A stretch of 64,000 bases of DNA from Chloroflexota bacterium (GTDB lineage Bacteria; Chloroflexota; UBA11872; VXOZ01): assembly GCA_963663275.1 (NCBI GenBank), contig OY760183.1, positions 2,528,001 to 2,592,000 on the forward strand. The letters are read 5' to 3'. Below, piece by piece: positions 17,426-26,377 of the stretch (position 1 is the first letter of the stretch; each line of letters opens with the position of its first letter). Under the pieces are notes generated by a model, which was not told where the DNA came from, ran no database searches, and was given only the letters and a program-made list of their open reading frames with translations. Position numbers and translations under genes: made by a program.

Positions 17426-19132
17426 CTAGCGGCTGTAACCGGAAGACGGCCGCTCCTTCTGGGCGGTTTGCGTGAGGTACTCCAGCAGGAAACTGAAGTC
17501 CTTGAACGAGGTTAGATCGCCCAACTGCCGGTCCAGCGACCACAACTCTTCCAGCAGAATACCCAGGTCGCGGTCAACCGGGGACTCGGAGTAGTCGAGA
17601 TTGCTGTAGCGGTCCGCGGCCAGCGCCACAATCGAACCAAATCGCAGGAAAGCCGCGTCGCGGGCATTCTCCAGCGCGTCGCTCTTGCTCAGCAGTGTCG
17701 CGTGCTGGCGGTTGGATTCGCCGGTGGCGGGCGTTACCCAGCGAATTTCCACCTCGCCCAGCCGGGCCGTGTCCTGCCGTCCCGCGTCGGTAAGTTGCAA
17801 CTCGAAGAAGACCGTGGTAGCCGCCCCCGCCGGTATTTCCGCGAACTCCTTGCGCGCTTCCGTGAAGGACTCATCGGAGGTAGCGCGGTTTTCGTAGCCC
17901 ACGATGCGCCACACCGAGACCATTTCCGGATCCCAGGTCACCTGGGCGCGGGTCTGATCGGCAAAGGGTATCGAGAGCGCCAGCCAGTTGTCGCGGCTGA
18001 AGGTCGCCCGGGCCTGCTCTACCGTGCTGAGGTAGCGGTACCAGCCGTTGCCGTGCTGCGCCAGTTGCTCCAGCAGGTAGTCGTTGTAGTTCTCGATGCC
18101 GACGCCGATGGTGATCAAACGCAGCGGATTGGTGTCGTCGCGGTCGTCCGCCGACTCCAATATCGAGAACGGGTCGGTGGCGTCCACGTTGGCCACGCCG
18201 TCCGACATGAGGATGATGTAGTTGTAGGCGTCGGGCCGCTCCCACCGGATGCGGTCGGCAAGTTGCACAGCCAGATCGAGGCCGGCCTGCACGTTCGTCG
18301 AGCCGTGGGGCGAGAGCAGATCGATGGAACGCCTGACCGCGCGGTCGTCGGGGTCGCGGTGCGAGACAGTGTATTCATTGATGACGTGGGTCGTAAAGTG
18401 CACCACGGCGATGCGGTCCTGGGCGCGCAGGCTGCGCCGGATGCTCTCGGCGGCCTCGCGCGCGATGGACACCCGATCGCCCTCGCGCATGGAACCGGAA
18501 GCGTCCAGCACCAGGGTGACGTTGAGTGGCGTGTCGTCGTAGGCCAGGTCCGCGGCCTGGAAGGCAATGCGCGCCAGGTGCAGACCGCTGTCCAACGGAT
18601 GCCGCAAGACGTCGGTGGCGATGGCAAAGCTGTCGTCGCGCAACGGCAGCGCGTAGTCGTAGTTGAACGCATTGATCCACTCTTCCGCTCGCACGGAGTC
18701 AGGCTCAACCCGGTAGGCCGACTGCGCCCAATTGAGCGCCAGGTGGTAGGACGTGCGGTCGGTATCCAAACTAAAGGTCGCCACCGCGTCGCGGACCGTA
18801 TTGACGAACGTGGCGCGCGGATAGTCCTTGAACGTAGTCGCGCCCGCGGTCTGCCGCGGCGGCTGGACTGCCGGTTGGCGCGAGGACGTCTGGGACGACT
18901 GCGTGCTGGAAGCGGGCGCGGCTTCCGACCTCTCGGCGGGGGCGCGTTTCGCGGCAGGCGCGGCCTCGGCGGCAGGTGCTTCTTTGGCCTCAGCCTGCGG
19001 CGCGGAACGCTGCTCGGACCGGGGCGCTTCCATGGCAGCTTCTGAGTGCGTCGCTGCCGTTGCACCGCAGGCGGCAAGCAAGAGCACACCCACAAGCAAC
19101 AGCGAAATCGTCGTGAAGTATCTCCTCATCAC
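17426..19132 (-). CDS. VWA-domain lipoprotein (YfbK-like architecture)
   Basis: Lipobox LAAC; Ala/Pro linker; TFSLDTDRTSY, VRAEEWINAFNYDY, MIDAS DASGSM, STN, MSDG, GYENR. Confidence 0.88.
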   Translation of the reverse strand: MMRRYFTTISLLLVGVLLLAACGATAATHSEAAMEAPRSEQRSAPQAEAKEAPAAEAAPAAKRAPAERSEAAPASSTQSSQTSSRQPAVQPPRQTAGATTFKDYPRATFVNTVRDAVATFSLDTDRTSYHLALNWAQSAYRVEPDSVRAEEWINAFNYDYALPLRDDSFAIATDVLRHPLDSGLHLARIAFQAADLAYDDTPLNVTLVLDASGSMREGDRVSIAREAAESIRRSLRAQDRIAVVHFTTHVINEYTVSHRDPDDRAVRRSIDLLSPHGSTNVQAGLDLAVQLADRIRWERPDAYNYIILMSDGVANVDATDPFSILESADDRDDTNPLRLITIGVGIENYNDYLLEQLAQHGNGWYRYLSTVEQARATFSRDNWLALSIPFADQTRAQVTWDPEMVSVWRIVGYENRATSDESFTEARKEFAEIPAGAATTVFFELQLTDAGRQDTARLGEVEIRWVTPATGESNRQHATLLSKSDALENARDAAFLRFGSIVALAADRYSNLDYSESPVDRDLGILLEELWSLDRQLGDLTSFKDFSFLLEYLTQTAQKERPSSGYSR

Positions 19133-19143
19133 AGTTTCTCCTC

Positions 19144-19313
19144 ATTGTCAATCCGCACCCACAGGGGTGTATCCACAATACGCGAGCGCCACCCATGGCT
19201 CGCACGAGCCGCTCCAACCGCCCTCACGCGCATCCTACCTGTAGCATTTACTGCCGGGTAGGAGTGCGCTGAAACGCAAGGAAACCATTTGACGGCTCGT
19301 AGTGCCCATTGTA
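19144..19313 (-). promoter_or_regulatory. Putative -10 box and structured 5' leader of the VWA gene
   Basis: TACAAT at 19313-19308; rod hairpin 19300-19204; hairpins 19203-19182 and 19179-19144 abutting the GAGGAG RBS. Confidence 0.5.
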
Positions 19314-19382
19314 AGTGAAGCCTCAAATCCTGTCTAGCCTTTTAGGAGGATTAGACTGGTTGTCGAACGTCGTCTTGGGTGT

Positions 19383-20423
19383 CTAATAAGGCGCGTGATC
19401 GCCGCCGAGCCAGCGGTACGGGCGCGGGTAGAGCGTGAGCGAGCGGTCTTCCAGCGGCAGTGCCAGGGGGACGGAACCCCACAGGGACGAGTACTTGGCG
19501 GCGATGGCGGCTTCGAGCGACTGGCGCAGGTCGTGTCCCGACACGGCCATTGCCGCGCCATGCTCGACGGCGGCGATGAACGACAGGATCGAGCTTGCCA
19601 GGTAGCCGTATTGCGGCCAGGCGAACGGCGTGAACGCCCGCTCGGACTTGACGCGCGCGCCGTTGGCGTCAAAGCCCTGGTAGATGTCCATTTCGTCGCC
19701 CCAGTCCCAGCGCAGCAGCGCGTCGTCCGTCCAGACGTCAACGCCGCGTGAGGGCGTCGGCTCCCCAAAGACGGGCACGTCGAAACCGGCGCTCATAGTG
19801 AAGCGGCCGTTGATGATGAGGCCGGTGTCCTCGTCCGCTTCCAGGGCTGCCCGCGGCTTCCCCCACGCCACCACCTCGGTAATCTCGGCCTGAGTGAGCA
19901 ACCTGAGCACGGCGACGTGCTGGCAGCCGCCGCCGGATATCTCGCCGCCCCAGCCATGCACCGACGCGCCTCGCACCGCGCCAAGATCGCCGCGCCGCAG
20001 CCAACCCGCGGCCTCCTGCACGTCGGCGCGCGCGCATTGCAGGTTGCCGCCGTGGAAGACGACGCCGCGCTCCTGGCAGGTGTCGATCATCGCGTCCACG
20101 TCGGCGAGCCGCGCGCCAATAGGCTTTTCGCTGGAGACGCCCCGCACCCCCGCCTGCGCCGAGGCAATCACCGCGTCCTTGATGAACTTGCCGGGCAGAA
20201 CGGTGACGGCAAGATCGGGAACCTCGCCCATCTGCTGGTACATCTCCTCGGCGTCCTTGTAGAGCCTCTTGACGCCGAACCGCTCCCCTACGGCTTGCCG
20301 CCTCTCGTCGTTGTACTCGGCAATGGCGACGATCTCAGTATTGTCAAGCACGCTATAGAACTTAGCGTACTCTTGCCCCATCCGACCGCAGCCAATGAGC
20401 GCCACCCTGAGCTTTGCTTCCAC
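19383..20423 (-). CDS. Gfo/Idh/MocA family oxidoreductase
   Basis: VALIGCGRMG, SEKPIG, GGGCQH; probable GTG start at 20423 after AAAGGAG. Confidence 0.85.
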   Translation of the reverse strand: MEAKLRVALIGCGRMGQEYAKFYSVLDNTEIVAIAEYNDERRQAVGERFGVKRLYKDAEEMYQQMGEVPDLAVTVLPGKFIKDAVIASAQAGVRGVSSEKPIGARLADVDAMIDTCQERGVVFHGGNLQCARADVQEAAGWLRRGDLGAVRGASVHGWGGEISGGGCQHVAVLRLLTQAEITEVVAWGKPRAALEADEDTGLIINGRFTMSAGFDVPVFGEPTPSRGVDVWTDDALLRWDWGDEMDIYQGFDANGARVKSERAFTPFAWPQYGYLASSILSFIAAVEHGAAMAVSGHDLRQSLEAAIAAKYSSLWGSVPLALPLEDRSLTLYPRPYRWLGGDHAPY

Positions 20424-20786
20424 CAGTACTCCTTTCATTCGCCCTCAACGCTGTCCACTGTGAAGAATTGATCCTCGATTACGTTCCGCAGGTCTGCTAC
20501 AGTCCGAGTCATACTGGCGGCAGGGAATCTGAGTATGGTCGCCTCCGCCCCCTGGCTACAGTGTTCATTTGTAGCGCCCACGTATCGAATCTCGGTGCGG
20601 CTTCCCCGATCTACCGTCGGCAACGAGCGTAGAAGCCGCCGGGTCCGCTTGTCGAATGCAATGCCTTGCAAGCCATTGTGCCGGGCGCGGATTGGGGTAG
20701 GACTAGCTCTCTGTCAATTATTGCATCGCAAACATGTTACAATTCAGTAGGTGAAGGCAATTGGCTCGTCGCAGGAAAAGAGGCTT

Positions 20787-21827
20787 ATGCAACTCCGTAA
20801 ACTATCCAGCGGGCTGAGGGCCCAATTCCGTGGGACGGACGTCCACAGCCGCGTGAATCGCTTCGATGGATGGCTGGACAGGGCGCGCGTTGAGGACGCC
20901 GGCCCGGCGGATTACGACCACACCGAAACCGTCAAGGAATATTACGACCTATGCGGCGAGATCATGGAGTTCGGTTGGGGTGAATCCCTCCACTTTGCGC
21001 CGCTGTCGCCCCAGGAGAGCCTCGAGGAATCCAAGATCCGTCACCAGCGGCTGATGATCGCCAAGTTGGAGTTGCGCGAGGGCATGACGGTGATCGACGT
21101 CGGTTGCGGGGTCGGCGGCCCGCTGCGCCGCGTCGTCCGGGAGTCCGGTGTCAGGGTAGTCGGGGTCAATAGTAACGAAATCCAGTTGGAGAAGGCAAAG
21201 TCTTGGGACGCCGCGGCGGGACTCGACCACATGACCGGCTACCTCGCGTGCAGTTTCATGGACATGGACGCCATCGCGAACGACACATTTGACCGGGGAT
21301 ACGCGATTGAATCGACGTGCCACGCGCCGGATAAGGCGGGCGCGTTCGCCGAGATCTACCGCGTGCTGAAACCCGGGGCCCTCTTCTGGGGCCAGGAAAT
21401 GTGCATGACGAGCACGTTCGATCCCGGTGACGAGCGGCACCGGGCTCTCAAGGAAGAACTGATGCACGGCATCGCGCTCAAGGATATAGCGACGATTGAC
21501 GAGGTGGACCGTGACCTCGAAACGGCGGGATTTGAGGTCATCGAGGGGCTGGACTTGGCCGTTGGGGAGAACGGTCCAACCACGCCGTGGTATCTGCCCA
21601 TGGAAACCCGGCACGGAAAGCTCGGCAACGCCTTTGTCAGAATGCCGCTGGGCCGCAAGGCGGTTTTCGGGGCATCCAGGCTGGCCGAGGTTCTGGGGGT
21701 GTTCCCGGCGGGCTCAGCCCGTGTCGTCAATCTGCTGGACAATACTGCCAACGCCTACGTCGCCGGCGGCAAGACCGGGATCTTTACGCCGTTGTATTGC
21801 TTCCTGGCTCGTAAACCGTCTTCGTAG
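20787..21827 (+). CDS. Sterol 24-C-methyltransferase (ERG6/SMT-like)
   Basis: VKEYYD, EFGWGESLHF (region I), IDVGCGVGGP (SAM binding), IESTCHAP (region III), RVLKPG, PWY, GGKTGIFTPLYCFLARKP (SMT C-terminus). Confidence 0.9.
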   Translation: MQLRKLSSGLRAQFRGTDVHSRVNRFDGWLDRARVEDAGPADYDHTETVKEYYDLCGEIMEFGWGESLHFAPLSPQESLEESKIRHQRLMIAKLELREGMTVIDVGCGVGGPLRRVVRESGVRVVGVNSNEIQLEKAKSWDAAAGLDHMTGYLACSFMDMDAIANDTFDRGYAIESTCHAPDKAGAFAEIYRVLKPGALFWGQEMCMTSTFDPGDERHRALKEELMHGIALKDIATIDEVDRDLETAGFEVIEGLDLAVGENGPTTPWYLPMETRHGKLGNAFVRMPLGRKAVFGASRLAEVLGVFPAGSARVVNLLDNTANAYVAGGKTGIFTPLYCFLARKPSS

Positions 21828-22030
21828 GTCGCTTGGGTTTCCACCCTGGCAATCGGCCCAAAGTCAAAGCCGCCGTCCTCGAGCAGGTCATTCAACGCCT
21901 GCATTGATGAAGGTGATTTGTTCAGGATGTAGCCGAGCGCATCTGTGGCAGCATTCCGCTCAAGCCGACCGTGACCCGGTGCGTGCGCTGGCGCGCGAAG
22001 GGATGTCCGGAGTTGCTCTCGACCGTGCGC
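21815..22030 (-). pseudogene. Decayed N-terminal fragment of a probable PD-(D/E)XK-like protein
   Basis: Minus strand reads ..AATDALGYILNKSPSSMQALNDLLEDGGFDFGPIARVETQATYEDG, which is protein-like, has no in-frame start and is cut at the SMT 3' end; family assignment is from recall only. Confidence 0.45.
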
Positions 22031-22140
22031 GCTTCTGTGAGATGCTACCACAGGGCGATAGTCCGGCGGCTCAAAGATCAGATTCCCGAAACTGCCACCA
22101 GTCAGAACTCCGGCGTGAGGGTTTTCGACTGTATCCAATT

Positions 22141-22216
22141 TGGTGGACCCGATCGGGGTCGAACCGACGACCTCGTGAATGCCATTCACGCGCTCTCCCA
22201 ACTGAGCTACGGGCCC
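22141..22216 (-). tRNA. tRNA-Ala (GGC)
   Basis: GGGCCCGTAGCTCAGTTGGGAGAGCGCGTGAATGGCATTCACGAGGTCGTCGGTTCGACCCCGATCGGGTCCACCA; 76 nt, G3:U70 pair, GGC anticodon, encoded CCA. Confidence 0.97.
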
Positions 22217-22229
22217 GCATTCGCCTTTT

Positions 22230-22258
22230 ATTGTAGCATTGTACGGGAGTCGCGTAAA
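22230..22258 (-). promoter_or_regulatory. Sigma70-type promoter of tRNA-Ala
   Basis: TTTACG-17 bp-TACAAT. Confidence 0.6.
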
Positions 22259-22306
22259 CGCGCCGCCCAGCAGGCCGAGAGGCGAGCGGCAAAAAGGAGT
22301 TGTGCG

Positions 22307-23359
22307 ATGGCTGCCTATCGTGTTGGTATCGTCGGCTGCACCGGCATCGCCAGTGCGCCGGCGCGAGCGTTGTCCCATCCCATCCTCGGAACGGTTGCGC
22401 CGCATTCCCACGCGGCGGGCTACGACCAGGTACCCGCCACCGAAGTCGTAGCCGTGTGCGACCTGGTGCCGGAGCGCACCCAGGATTTCGTCGCCAAGTG
22501 GGAGCAGCGGTGGCCGGGAATTACCCAGTACCAGGACTACCGGGAAATGCTCGCACGCGAGAATCTGGACATCGTCAGCGTGGTGACGTCCGACCACCGC
22601 CACGCAGACATCACCGTGGACGCGGCCGAGGCCGGCGCGCGGGCGATCTTTTGCGAAAAGCCCCTGGCCACGTCGCTCGCCGACGCCGACCGCATGATTG
22701 CGGCCATCGAGAAGCGCGGCGTTTTCCTCTCCGTGGATCATAGCCGCCGCTGGCAACCTCAGTGGTATGAAGCCCGCGCGGCGATTCGCAACGGCGCGAT
22801 TGGCCCGGTGCGCACGGTGGTCGGGAGACTCGGCGGGGCGCGCGCCATGCTCTTTCGCAACGGCACGCACCTGATGGACGCGATCTGCTTCTTTGCCGAT
22901 GGCGAACCGGAGTGGCTGACGGCGCGCTATGACGACAATTTCGCCGGTTACGGCCCGCGCTACGCGGGTGACGGCGGGCACGACCCAAGCACCGACCCCG
23001 GCGCGTGCGTCTTTCTCCTGTTCTCCAACGGCGTGCGCGCGTTCTACATCGGCTCGCAGAACGTCGCCACCGGCTTTGAGATTGAGGTGACAGGCGAGAA
23101 AGGCCGGATACGGTTGGGCAACGCCGTCGCCGCCGAAATCGAAACCGCCGACGGCGTGCAGCCGCTGCCGGAGGCGTCTGCCACGCTCTCCGGCAGCGCC
23201 GCCGCCATCGAGGAACTGATTGCTTTGGTTGAGGGCCGGGGCACACTGCCCCAGATTTCGGGTCCCTACGACGGCAGGCGAGTCGTGGAGGTGCTCATAG
23301 GCGCGGTGCAGTCCGCCGCCGACGGCGGCGCGCCGCGCACCTTTCCCGTGCGGGAGTAA
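22307..23359 (+). CDS. Gfo/Idh/MocA family oxidoreductase
   Basis: AAAGGAG RBS; VGIVGCTGI, IFCEKPLA, RNGTHLMD. Confidence 0.9.
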   Translation: MAAYRVGIVGCTGIASAPARALSHPILGTVAPHSHAAGYDQVPATEVVAVCDLVPERTQDFVAKWEQRWPGITQYQDYREMLARENLDIVSVVTSDHRHADITVDAAEAGARAIFCEKPLATSLADADRMIAAIEKRGVFLSVDHSRRWQPQWYEARAAIRNGAIGPVRTVVGRLGGARAMLFRNGTHLMDAICFFADGEPEWLTARYDDNFAGYGPRYAGDGGHDPSTDPGACVFLLFSNGVRAFYIGSQNVATGFEIEVTGEKGRIRLGNAVAAEIETADGVQPLPEASATLSGSAAAIEELIALVEGRGTLPQISGPYDGRRVVEVLIGAVQSAADGGAPRTFPVRE

Positions 23360-23373
23360 CTGTCCCCACATGA

Positions 23374-23406
23374 GGGCCGGGCCGGCTGGCGCAAGCGGCC
23401 CGGCCC
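23374..23406 (+). terminator. GC-rich hairpin, probable terminator
   Basis: GGGCCGGGCCG-N11-CGGCCCGGCCC, 15 bp after the stop codon. Confidence 0.5.
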
Positions 23407-23413
23407 GGCATCT

Positions 23414-23442
23414 TTGACCTGACCCGAGAGCCGCCGTACAAT
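23414..23442 (+). promoter_or_regulatory. Sigma70-type promoter of the RidA-family gene
   Basis: TTGACC-17 bp-TACAAT. Confidence 0.65.
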
Positions 23443-23508
23443 GCAGAACGTGTATTCACCCATTGGCACAGCCAACCATGCCCGCAGCGCATTGAAGAAA
23501 GGAACGCC

Positions 23509-23979
23509 ATGACACCGGAAGAGAAACTCAAGGAACTGGGATTTGAACTGCAAACGCCGAACGCGCCCATCGCCAATTACGTGCCTTGGGTGCGCACGGG
23601 CAATCTAATCTACCTGTCCGGCCAGGGCCCCAACCGCGCCGGCGACGCGGACGCCGACGTATACGACGGCAAGGTAGGGGAACGCTACGGCATCGACGAA
23701 GGCTACAAGGCCGCCCAACAAACGGCGTTCAACCTGCTCTGCGCCCTCAAGGACGCCGCCGGCGACCTGAGCAACGTCAAGCGCATCGTGAAGGTGCTGG
23801 GCATGGTGAACAGCACGCCGGACTTCGCCGACCAGCCGAAGGTCATCAACGGCTGCTCCGACCTGCTGGTGGAGGTCTTTGGTGAAAAGGGCAAGCACGC
23901 CCGCTCCGCCGTGGGCATGGGCGCGCTGCCGAATAACATTCCGGTGGAAATCGAGCTTATCGCCGAGGTGGAGGCGTAG
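23509..23979 (+). CDS. RidA/YjgF family protein
   Basis: ANYVP, YLSGQ, INGCSDLL, HARSAVG, LPNNIPVEIE. Confidence 0.9.
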   Translation: MTPEEKLKELGFELQTPNAPIANYVPWVRTGNLIYLSGQGPNRAGDADADVYDGKVGERYGIDEGYKAAQQTAFNLLCALKDAAGDLSNVKRIVKVLGMVNSTPDFADQPKVINGCSDLLVEVFGEKGKHARSAVGMGALPNNIPVEIELIAEVEA

Positions 23980-24052
23980 GGGGCATTTGTCCCGGCGGTG
24001 GGCGCCTCTACCAGATCGACCCGTCCCGCTCCCGTACAATACCCAGGCGGGG

Positions 24053-24577
24053 TCAACTTCCCTCGCCGGAGCGGGCTTCTTCAGCGCCGTGCGGCGCGGC
24101 GCTGTCGTAGATCGTGCCGAGCACGCCGTTGATGAAGCGGGGCGAGCTGTCCGAGGCGTAGAGCTTGGCGAGCTCTATCGCCTCGTTGATGACGACTTTG
24201 GGGGGATTTTCCGGCACGAAGAGCAACTCATACACCGCCAGCCGCATGATGGCTTTATCCACCAGGGCCATCTGGCCCATGGGCCACTGCGGCGCGGCCT
24301 GCTGAATCCGTTCGTCGATTAAATCCAGGTGGGCTTGGACGCCGTCCACAAGCTGCTGTAGGAACTCCCGGGCTTCAGGCTTCACCGCCGCCATGCGGGT
24401 CACCTGCTCCAGCACGGAGGCCGGCGCCGCGCCGGTAGCGTCCAGGGCAAAGAGCGCCTGCATGGCGGCCACACGCGCGCGCCGCCGGGGATGAATGCGC
24501 CTGCCGGCGGCCCGGTCGGAACCGGGCGTCATCTCTTGCTCCCCTTCAGACGGCGTCGCACTCATGGCCTCAGGCAT
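24053..24577 (-). CDS. nusB: Transcription antitermination factor NusB
   Basis: [40 protein letters not shown]; true start may be 24565 or 24532. Confidence 0.93.
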   Translation of the reverse strand: MPEAMSATPSEGEQEMTPGSDRAAGRRIHPRRRARVAAMQALFALDATGAAPASVLEQVTRMAAVKPEAREFLQQLVDGVQAHLDLIDERIQQAAPQWPMGQMALVDKAIMRLAVYELLFVPENPPKVVINEAIELAKLYASDSSPRFINGVLGTIYDSAAPHGAEEARSGEGS

Positions 24578-24591
24578 TCGCGCCGCCCCTC

Positions 24592-25926
24592 TCAGACGAT
24601 GTTGAGCAGGTTTGCATCGAAACTGGCCTCACGAAAGCCCTGCGCACGCAGGACTCTGCGGTGGAAGTCGAGATTCGTCTTCACACCCTCGATCACGCAC
24701 TCGTCGAGCGCCCGCAGCGCGCGCTCGATCGCCTCGGCGCGGCTGGGCGCCCACGCGATGAGCTTGGCAATGAGGGAATCGTAGTGCGGTGGAATGGTGT
24801 ATCCGCCGTAGAGGTGGGAATCGATGCGGATGCCCGGCCCGCCCGGTGCCAGGAAGGTCGTCACCTCGCCGCTCTCCGGCCGGAAGTCGTGCTCCGGGTC
24901 TTCAGACGTAATGCGGCACTCGATCGCGTGGCCGCGAAACTCCACGTCGGCCTGGCGAAAAGCCAGTGATTCCCCGGCCGCAATGCGGATTTGCTCTTGC
25001 ACGATGTCGATGCCCGTCGTGCTCTCCGACACGGTGTGTTCCACCTGCAAGCGGCAGTTGATTTCCATGAAGTAGAAGTTCAGCGCGGAATCGACCAGGA
25101 ACTCCACCGTGCCGGCCGACGTAAAGCCGATCGCGTCCACGCCGTGCAAGGCCGCCGCGCCAATCGCCTTGCGCACCAGAGGATCCAGCACCGGGGACGG
25201 CGACTCTTCGATGAGTTTCTGGTAGCGCCGCTGAATGGTGCAGTCGCGCTCGCCCAGTTGCACGGCGTTGCCCGCGGCATCCCGCAGAATCTGCACCTCG
25301 ATGTGGCGCGCCGGCGAGATGTACTTCTCCACGTACAGCCGCGCGTTGCCAAACGACGCCTGCGCCTCCGCCTGGGCCACCGGGAACGCGCCCGCCATCT
25401 CTTCCTCGTCGCCTACAAAGCGAATCCCGCGCCCGCCGCCGCCGCCCGCGGCTTTCAAGACCACCGGATAGCCGATCGACTCAGCCACCTCCAGCGCGTC
25501 CGCCGCGCTGCGCAGCGGCGCATCCCGGCCGGGGATTACCGGCAGTCCCGCCTTGCGCATCTCCGCCTTGGCATTGGTCTTATCGCCCATGGCGTGGATG
25601 ACGTCGGGGCTGGGACCGATGAAGGTAATGCCGTACTTATCGCAGATTTCCGCAAAGTACGTGTCTTCGGCCAGAAAGCCGATGCCGGGGTGAATCGCCT
25701 CCGCGCCGGTGATAACCGCGGCGCTAATGATGTTCGGCACGTTCAGGTAAGACTTGCTCGCCGGCGCCGGGCCGATGCAGACCGCTTCATCGGCGGCGTG
25801 CACCGGCAGAGAATCCCGGTCCGCATCGGAATAGGCCACAACCGTCGCGATGCCCATTTCGCGGCAGGCGCGTATGACCCGCAAGGCCGTTTCGCCCCGG
25901 TTGGCAATCAGGATTTTTTGGAACAC
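24592..25926 (-). CDS. accC: Acetyl-CoA carboxylase biotin carboxylase subunit
   Basis: [48 protein letters not shown]. Confidence 0.95.
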   Translation of the reverse strand: MFQKILIANRGETALRVIRACREMGIATVVAYSDADRDSLPVHAADEAVCIGPAPASKSYLNVPNIISAAVITGAEAIHPGIGFLAEDTYFAEICDKYGITFIGPSPDVIHAMGDKTNAKAEMRKAGLPVIPGRDAPLRSAADALEVAESIGYPVVLKAAGGGGGRGIRFVGDEEEMAGAFPVAQAEAQASFGNARLYVEKYISPARHIEVQILRDAAGNAVQLGERDCTIQRRYQKLIEESPSPVLDPLVRKAIGAAALHGVDAIGFTSAGTVEFLVDSALNFYFMEINCRLQVEHTVSESTTGIDIVQEQIRIAAGESLAFRQADVEFRGHAIECRITSEDPEHDFRPESGEVTTFLAPGGPGIRIDSHLYGGYTIPPHYDSLIAKLIAWAPSRAEAIERALRALDECVIEGVKTNLDFHRRVLRAQGFREASFDANLLNIV

Positions 25927-25973
25927 TTAACTTTACCTACGTGTGGTGTGTGCTTTCTTGCTTCGTGAAACCG

Positions 25974-25999
25974 CGCTTCGACAGGCTCAGCGCGAACGG
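25974..25999 (-). repeat. REP-like family C single copy
   Basis: CGCTTCGACAGGCTCAGCGCGAACGG is the reverse complement of the 7837 unit core. Confidence 0.75.
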
Positions 26000-26178
26000 A
26001 TTGCGGACGTACGCTTGAAACCGGAGCACGACCTGGTACCGGAGTACGACCTGATCTCGGTGTACGGCCTGTTTCCGGTGTGCAACGTGGTACCGGATTA
26101 CCACTCAATGCCGGACTTCGGCTTGATGTCAGACTTCGGCTTGAATTCGGCTGACGGTTGGATGCCAGACACGCTAGG
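25999..26178. repeat. Degenerate 18-bp tandem array (10 units)
   Basis: For example GAAACCGGAGCACGACCT, GGTACCGGAGTACGACCT, AATGCCGGACTTCGGCTT, GATGTCAGACTTCGGCTT at an exact 18-bp period. Confidence 0.75.
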
Positions 26179-26377
26179 ATGGTGAACGCATGAAGGTTGG
26201 TTGGCGGAACGTGCATGGTGTGCACAAATCTGTCGGCGGATGCAAGGGCGCCGACCAAATTGCCAGCAATAGAAAAGCAGGGCAGCGTATAAACGAAGAA
26301 CTCTTGGTGCGTGGAAGTGTGACGGCAGACTCAAGCGCGCGGGCGGAAACAGCAAATAAAGCAGCAAGGCGTTCGCG

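Noticed and set aside
20440-20750. att-site duplication of the tRNA-Ala 3' end, or the other half of the disrupted gene
   Set aside because: No convincing copy of TGGTGGACCCGATC and no recognisable protein continuation
21755-23371. 538-aa minus-strand ORF
   Set aside because: Spans a plus-strand Gfo gene and the tRNA; only its last ~60 codons look like a real gene remnant, reported separately
23446-23458. LexA-like box GAAC-N4-ATTC upstream of the RidA-family gene
   Set aside because: Imperfect single match upstream of a gene not known to be SOS-regulated; expected by chance
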